In this document: positions 58,576 through 64,000 of the stretch, one piece after another
Layout of the letters: the number at the start of each line of letters is the position of its first letter
Numbering within the stretch: position 1 is the first letter of the stretch
Assembly: GCA_014728075.1 (NCBI GenBank)
Contig: WJMG01000027.1
Coordinates: 696-64,695, forward strand
Length of the DNA stretch: 64,000 nucleotides
Reading direction: 5' to 3'
DNA from: Candidatus Omnitrophota bacterium
GTDB lineage: Bacteria > Omnitrophota > Gorgyraeia > Tantalellales > Tantalellaceae
Program-made: the position numbers and the translations under genes
Notes under the pieces: generated by a model
What the model was told of the DNA's origin: nothing
What the model saw: only the letters and a program-made list of their open reading frames with translations
Database searches by the model: none

Positions 58576-58935
58576 TTACCAGTCATGGCCTTTATAGGAA
58601 CAGGACGCGTCCTCTTCCATACTCCCCAGGTAATAAGTTCCGCCGGACGGGCAGTAAGGCGCTTTTCTTATATACCCGGTTACCAGGTCGCTCCAGTCGG
58701 GACGGGACCCCCTTCCCTCTCCTTTATCCATAGCCCACATCTTTTTTGCGTCGTCCAGCCTCTTAAGGTTGAAGAGACACACCTTTCTTCTGGCCCTTCT
58801 CCCTGCATCTATGTATTCATGCCCGGCGATGGCCAGGATAAAAGTGATGATCGCCAGGACCACCATCATCTCAAGCAGTGTCAAGCCGGACGACGGCGAA
58901 AAGAACCCTTTGGTCTTATAAAACGGATTTTTCAT
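58576..58935 (-). CDS. Type IV pilin / pseudopilin
   Basis: G-LTLLEMMVVLAII cleavage/methylation motif; CPSGG.Y and C...H. Confidence 0.85.
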   Translation of the reverse strand: MKNPFYKTKGFFSPSSGLTLLEMMVVLAIITFILAIAGHEYIDAGRRARRKVCLFNLKRLDDAKKMWAMDKGEGRGSRPDWSDLVTGYIRKAPYCPSGGTYYLGSMEEDASCSYKGHDW

Positions 58936-58989
58936 CTATCAAGGATAAATATATCTCACGAAAGGCGCGGAGGCAAGACCTGTCCATCA

Positions 58990-59268
58990 TTAAAGCGCTC
59001 TGAGGACCTCTTCCCTTGCTTCCAGAAAGCTGAAAAGGACCGAACCGTTCATGCGTCTCACGGGAGGAAGTTCCAGTCTTCCCGGAAAATCCTCTTCTTT
59101 ACCGGCAGCGGAAGATCCAAGGAAACCGGGGCTCCGGCCCAGCGCCTCCTGGACCCCCCGCGCCAAAGGAACTTCATATAAAGCTGCCTCGAGGGAAGAT
59201 GCCCCGACAGGCGAAAGAAAAACACACAAAAGCGCCGCGAAAATTATAATTCTCCGGAAAGGATGCAT
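58990..59268 (-). CDS. Small exported hypothetical protein
   Basis: AGAGGAG SD, signal-peptide-like N-terminus, upstream promoter. Confidence 0.4.
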   Translation of the reverse strand: MHPFRRIIIFAALLCVFLSPVGASSLEAALYEVPLARGVQEALGRSPGFLGSSAAGKEEDFPGRLELPPVRRMNGSVLFSFLEAREEVLRAL

Positions 59269-59305
59269 TTTTTCTCCTCTTCTGTTTCTCTCCACCCTGT
59301 TGTTC

Positions 59306-59449
59306 ATTGTAACTCCATGGGGGGAAATAGACAAGAGAATAGCGTACAGCGTGTAGCGCATATAGCCTCGAGGCCGGAGGCCCGGGACTGGAGGTTTCGT
59401 TGAGGTACAGGTAGAGGTAGAGAAAAATGATGCAGGATAAAATATATGT
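59306..59449 (+). repeat. Dispersed element copy 3, including minus-strand promoter TTGTCT-N17-TACAAT
   Basis: 59306-59394 matches 60677-60765 at 81/89; the remainder matches copies 1 and 2. Confidence 0.88.
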
Positions 59450-59557
59450 GGTTCTATTATGCTTTCTATGATAACAGGAACTTCCTCGACCCGACCCTTT
59501 TTCCCTTATCCTTAATTGTTTTACAGGGCTTCCCCCGGCACATTAACTTGCCGCTGA

Positions 59558-60670
59558 TCATCCCCGAGGCAAGCTGAACGAAAAAGTACTTCCTTTGCCG
59601 TATTCGGACTCAACTTCTATCTCCCCGCCGTGTTCTCTCACTATCTTCCTGGAGATGGAAAGTCCCAGTCCCGTCCCTTCGGGCCTCGGCCCTTTTTCGG
59701 AATAGAACCTGGAAAATTTCTCGAAAAGCTTTTTTCTGTCCTCTTTTCTTATCCCCACGCCGGTATCCTGTACCGAAACGGTTATCTTCATCCCGTCAAA
59801 AGAGGTTGAAACCCTTACGCTGCCCTCTAAAGTGAATTTTATCGCATTCGTAAGCAGATTGGTGACGACGAGGGCTATCATGTTGCGGTCAAACCCGGCC
59901 TCGGGGATATTTTCATCAAGCTCTTTCTCCAGGGAGATCCCCTTGTCAACGGACATGGGCTCAAGCCTTGAAGCTACCTCATTCACCACGCGGTTGATAT
60001 CGTTGGGACGGATATCAAAAACCTGTTTACCGGACTCCATCACCTGCAGGCTCAGGACATCGTTGACAAGCATCATCATGTTATCGGCGCTCGAGCGTAT
60101 GCGCTCGAGTATCCTGAGGTCCGCTCCCTTCAGTTCATTCCCGGCGGACGATGCCAGAAGTTTCGAGCCTTCGTTTATTACCATAAGCGGAGTTTTGAGC
60201 TCATGCGAGACCATGGAAACGAAATCCGACTTCATCTTCATCGTATGCCGGAGCGCCTTTTCCGCCTTCTTGCGGGTGGTTATGTCCTGGAAGACCTCAA
60301 GCACCGCTTTCCTGCCCATATACATCATACCTGTATGGCTGACAAGGAAGGTCCTGCCTCCAAGCGCCCCGCTTATCTCAATGGTCCTGGTCTCGCCTGC
60401 ACGGACGCCCTCCTTTAACGGACACAACCTGCACTGTTCCTTATTATCCTTGTAAACCTCCCAGCACTTCTTTCCGACCGCGCTTTCGCCGAAAAGCGCG
60501 ATGAATTTTTCATTCATAAAAAGGATATTACCGTACTCGTCGACTATCTCCATGCCGAAAGGGATGGTCTTCAGGAGCGTCTGGCATAACTCGTTTACAC
60601 GGCTGACCTCCTCCGCGTCGCGTCTGCAGGCGTTAAGTTCCTGCCTTATTTCTCTGTCTTTGTTCTCCAT
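59558..60670 (-). CDS. Soluble PAS-domain sensor histidine kinase (orphan)
   Basis: PAS ending QDIT, SHELKTPL (H box), NLLTNAIKFT, DTGVGI, GTGLGL. Confidence 0.93.
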   Translation of the reverse strand: MENKDREIRQELNACRRDAEEVSRVNELCQTLLKTIPFGMEIVDEYGNILFMNEKFIALFGESAVGKKCWEVYKDNKEQCRLCPLKEGVRAGETRTIEISGALGGRTFLVSHTGMMYMGRKAVLEVFQDITTRKKAEKALRHTMKMKSDFVSMVSHELKTPLMVINEGSKLLASSAGNELKGADLRILERIRSSADNMMMLVNDVLSLQVMESGKQVFDIRPNDINRVVNEVASRLEPMSVDKGISLEKELDENIPEAGFDRNMIALVVTNLLTNAIKFTLEGSVRVSTSFDGMKITVSVQDTGVGIRKEDRKKLFEKFSRFYSEKGPRPEGTGLGLSISRKIVREHGGEIEVESEYGKGSTFSFSLPRG

Positions 60671-60676
60671 GAGGCT

Positions 60677-60765
60677 ATTGTAACTCTAAGGGCGGGAATA
60701 GACAAGATAATAGCGTACAGCGTGTAGCGTATATAGCCTCGAGGCCGGAGGCTCGGGGCTGGAGG
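60677..60765 (+). repeat. Dispersed element copy 4 (partial), including minus-strand promoter TTGTCT-N17-TACAAT
   Basis: Direct repeat of 59306-59394. Confidence 0.88.
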
Positions 60766-60897
60766 CCCGGGCTGGCTCTTGAGACAATGGACTATTGACA
60801 ATTGACCATGGACCGGCTTCGGATATCAGCTGGCAGCCTTAGTGTCAGAGTGTCAGAGTAAAACCGGACAACGGACCGCAATTTTTTGCTTTTATTT

Positions 60898-61023
60898 GAT
60901 TCCCGCTTACCCCATGCGGGAATGACATCTTTTACTTTTATTTTTAAAAATGGAAATTGTCATTCTCGACAAAGTCCCCGAAAGTTCACTGAACTTGAGA
61001 GGAGACGGGTTTGATCGGGGATC
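60898..61023. repeat. Inverted pair of REP-like palindromes
   Basis: GATTCCCGC..GCGGGAATGACA and TGTCATTCTCGAC..[insert]..TTGATCGGGGATC. Confidence 0.6.
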
Positions 61024-61191
61024 ATATAAGAATAAACGCTCCATGCTCCCAGCGCCCTGCACCCGGCTCCTGCTCTGACACTGTGCCACTAGCGAGGAGA
61101 AGCCGAGCGATGACACTTTGACGCTTCACTGGAACGCCGGTGATCCAACTTGACGCCTGATCCTACTCCTTCAGGCTGAGAACAGACACAG

Positions 61192-61218
61192 AAAAGGCGG
61201 GCCGAATGCCCGCCTTTT
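61192..61218. terminator. Intrinsic terminator after giant protein gene
   Basis: AAAAGGCGGGC-cgaat-GCCCGCCTTTT. Confidence 0.8.
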
Positions 61219-61280
61219 GCACTAAACGCTGTACCCTGCGCCCCTGAACCCGGACCTGCTCGCGTTAGCGGGCATTGACC

Positions 61281-63998
61281 TTACGCCGATATCAAGGTTG
61301 CCGAGACCTTGTCGTAATCAGGCACCTCGTAAGCCTCGATCGGTTTATAGGAAAGCACCGTTTTGATTATCCTGGCCACATCGTTGCGCATAAGGGCTTC
61401 CATGTACCCCGAGACAAGCTCATTCCTGTCGGCGCCCAGGCACGCTTTCATAAAGAACTCGAGCATTCTGCAAACCGCCGAATCTTCCGTGGTATCCAGC
61501 CCCGCTTTTCTGGCCAGGAGCATCAGCGCGTAAATATTTCTCCTGTAAGCGTGGCTTCTTTCTTCTTCTTTAAGTCCCCGGGTATCTATGAGCATGAATT
61601 TTATTCCGGGAGCCCAGCTCATAAGCCTCAGAAGCTCTTTCTCGTTTTCCTTTTCGTTGAAGCATTCAGGCAGCTGGACCATTACAGTCTCCGGGTCAAG
61701 ACCTTTAGATGATATAACGCCGAGTATCCTGTCGACTATACTGGCGGGACGGTCGGTCTTTACCCATTCCAGATCGAACCTGCTGCCGTACTCGTAAACA
61801 TCGTTTTCGTACTCTTCGGAGTTCCTGTAGAGATCGTTCATCACGAAAAGCGTGTATTCCTTTTCGAGCACGGGCCTGGCGAGAGAAACACCCGCTTCCT
61901 CAGCCGCCGGGAGTATACCCTCTATTTCGTTTTTTATGAAAACCTCAAGGGATCTTTCGACCTCTTCGCGAATTTCTCTTCCGCCTCCGCTTTCGCCTTC
62001 ACCATATACCCCGGACTCTCCGGAGGCGGTCCCGTGCTTTCCGTAACCCGTCTCTCCTTCAGAAAGAACAGGATTTTCGGACTTCGCTCCGGGCATATCT
62101 TCCTGTTTCATGGCATAGATCTCCAGCGCGGACCTCCAGGCTTCCGCGGCTTCTGACGCGGCGTCCTGCGAATCAGAATATTCTTTCAGCATGCTTTCTA
62201 TTTCACCGGATGCATCGGCATAGATACTATCCAGCATTCCTTCGGAGATTCTTACAAGATGTCCCCCGGTCCTTTCAAGTATTCCAGCCTCGATGATCCT
62301 CTCTCTTTCCCCGGCTATCTTTCCGGCATAAGAGACGACCTCCTCCCTGTAAGCCTCCGGATATCCGGCTGAAAGGATATTTTCGAGCACGATATCTATA
62401 AGATCGCTCTCTCTTCTATAAGCCATCTCGGCCAGCTGTTCCCTGTGAACACCCTTAATGCCTTCTTTACCTGCCGCTTTAAGTTTAAGGAACAGAGCAA
62501 ACTGGTCCAACTCTTCTTTTGCCGCGGTTTTCCAGTTCAGAAGCCTGTCTCCCTCATCATCCGACCGGGGCTCGTCTTCCCGGGGAAGACCTCCGGAGAA
62601 CACATTCCACTCTCCGCCCGGGCCTTTCCGCGCCAGTATGGAATGATCATCCCTGGCCCTGATAAGGCGTCCCTCTTCTCCCGGCACCCATTCGTACTGG
62701 TCCGCGGGGAATTTTGACGGCAGCGCCTTCTCGTTCCGGGGATCCGGTGTTTTTCCTTTTTCCAGGTTTTCCTCGGCTGCCGTCTGCTCAAGAGCGGCAA
62801 GAGTTTTGGCCGTCCCGGCCCCATCATCCTTTTTGAGGTCCTGTCTGCCGAAAAAAAGCCTCTTGACCATCCGCAAAGAAAGACGGCCTCTGTTCGCGTA
62901 AGCCAGGTCAAGCGTCCTTTCCTCTGATGCCGGTTTCCTTACAAGCTCCTGCCTGCCTCCGGACCAAAGACTACCCGTGATCCACTGCTTTATCTTTTTG
63001 GATATTTCCCATCTCTCAGGGCCTTCTCCATCCCTTCCTTTCTCAAGAGGTAACGGCGGCGCTTCTGACAAATGTGAGTGAGTGGGCTTGAGCGTTAAGG
63101 TCATATACATAGAGAAAAGAATCATCATCAAGCTTTTCTTTAATCCGAGCTTTTCCGACTCCTCCTCTCCTTCCGCCTTAAGGTCCTGCCTGCCTCCGGA
63201 CCATCTCCACCGCCCATAAAGTTCTTTAGCGACCACCACGGACAAGAGCATCAAACCTGCAGAGGCGATGTATAGAAAGGTTTTTGGAGCCCCCGCGGCC
63301 ACCAGGGCAAGCGTTGAGGCCGCCGCGATCCCGACAAGCGTGCCGACATAAGCGGAACCCCTTTCTTTCCTTCTATTATTCACATCTTTATCATCTTCAT
63401 GTTTGTCTCTATCTTCTTCAAGCTTTACCTTTGCAGGAAGGGGAAATTTTATCTCCATAGTAGGAGCATAACGCCTTGCTTGCGCCATGGCAATGTCCAC
63501 AGCATTAAACCATAATGTTAAACCTGCCGAAACAAGGATCATTGCATATATCTTCGCAACTTCCCTCTTGCCCATCTTAGCGGCCTTAAGCCCTAAGAAG
63601 GCTATGGGTATCGATCCTGTAAGATACAATGGAATGTTACCCATAAGTATAGCGGTCGTCAATAATAACGCTCCCGCCGTACAAGCAAGAACCGTTACCG
63701 GGACCGAACCCCTTTCGTTCCTTCTCGTTTTTTGCCTTGGTGCGCTTTCCCGCCGGATATCCTCTATATAGTTCCATTCCTCATCTAACAGGTAAGAGGC
63801 TTTGAGAATACCGTCCGCACTGTAAATGTCCTTCTCTATCCTGCCGTCCTCTCTTCTGTTGAATACGGCGTACTCGGTTATCTGTCCCGCCGCATCCACT
63901 TCCGCTTCGGCGATAAGGCTATCGTAGCTGTTGTACGCGTATATTTTTTTATACACCAGACCGGCGTCGTGATAATGCTTAAAGTAGGCTCCGTCCTC
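61281..63998 (-). CDS. C-terminal part (more than 900 aa) of a large multi-TM hypothetical protein; start outside window
   Basis: Frame stays open past the track start at 63956 to the window edge; Tyr-rich beta-repeat segment, several TM helices, acidic helical C-terminus. Confidence 0.8.
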   Translation of the reverse strand, partial: EDGAYFKHYHDAGLVYKKIYAYNSYDSLIAEAEVDAAGQITEYAVFNRREDGRIEKDIYSADGILKASYLLDEEWNYIEDIRRESAPRQKTRRNERGSVPVTVLACTAGALLLTTAILMGNIPLYLTGSIPIAFLGLKAAKMGKREVAKIYAMILVSAGLTLWFNAVDIAMAQARRYAPTMEIKFPLPAKVKLEEDRDKHEDDKDVNNRRKERGSAYVGTLVGIAAASTLALVAAGAPKTFLYIASAGLMLLSVVVAKELYGRWRWSGGRQDLKAEGEEESEKLGLKKSLMMILFSMYMTLTLKPTHSHLSEAPPLPLEKGRDGEGPERWEISKKIKQWITGSLWSGGRQELVRKPASEERTLDLAYANRGRLSLRMVKRLFFGRQDLKKDDGAGTAKTLAALEQTAAEENLEKGKTPDPRNEKALPSKFPADQYEWVPGEEGRLIRARDDHSILARKGPGGEWNVFSGGLPREDEPRSDDEGDRLLNWKTAAKEELDQFALFLKLKAAGKEGIKGVHREQLAEMAYRRESDLIDIVLENILSAGYPEAYREEVVSYAGKIAGERERIIEAGILERTGGHLVRISEGMLDSIYADASGEIESMLKEYSDSQDAASEAAEAWRSALEIYAMKQEDMPGAKSENPVLSEGETGYGKHGTASGESGVYGEGESGGGREIREEVERSLEVFIKNEIEGILPAAEEAGVSLARPVLEKEYTLFVMNDLYRNSEEYENDVYEYGSRFDLEWVKTDRPASIVDRILGVISSKGLDPETVMVQLPECFNEKENEKELLRLMSWAPGIKFMLIDTRGLKEEERSHAYRRNIYALMLLARKAGLDTTEDSAVCRMLEFFMKACLGADRNELVSGYMEALMRNDVARIIKTVLSYKPIEAYEVPDYDKVSATLISA

Positions 63999-64000
63999 TC

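Noticed and set aside
60907-61116. 69-aa minus-strand ORF in the repeat-rich gap
   Set aside because: It overlaps REP-like palindromes, has no SD and no protein-like motif.

Overview
Bacterial chromosomal window, gene-dense and with almost all genes on the minus strand. The gene content (alginate-export-type porin, a giant membrane protein, lpxA) suggests a diderm PVC-superphylum organism such as Ca. Omnitrophota; that assignment is inference. Housekeeping content: the start of the dcw cluster (mraZ, two small inserted ORFs, rsmH-ftsL-ftsI-murE-murF), an Rrf2-metY-cysK-metX-metW sulfur amino-acid operon followed by a UvrD/nuclease fusion and yhaM, greA, PIN-PhoH, lpxA, xylFGH, gpmA-fbaB, an orphan PAS histidine kinase, and the C-terminus of a very large membrane protein. 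No tRNA, rRNA, CRISPR array, integrase or transposase was seen. Most unusual signals: (1) a GH100/invertase-like glycosidase with an internal HPr-fold domain in which both phospho-acceptor positions (His15, Ser46) are Asp; (2) a ParA/Soj ATPase fused to a CBM48 glycogen-binding domain, a candidate glycogen-granule positioning system; (3) a stand-alone 48-aa NrdD glycyl-radical tail with its own promoter, operator palindrome and NrdR-like box, a candidate RNR spare part; (4) a c-di-GMP-I riboswitch controlling the first of two tandem GH113 genes; (5) a modular dispersed intergenic element always lying next to a promoter, two copies of which carry the promoter and flank the kinase gene. All family assignments come from motif recognition by eye, without database searches.
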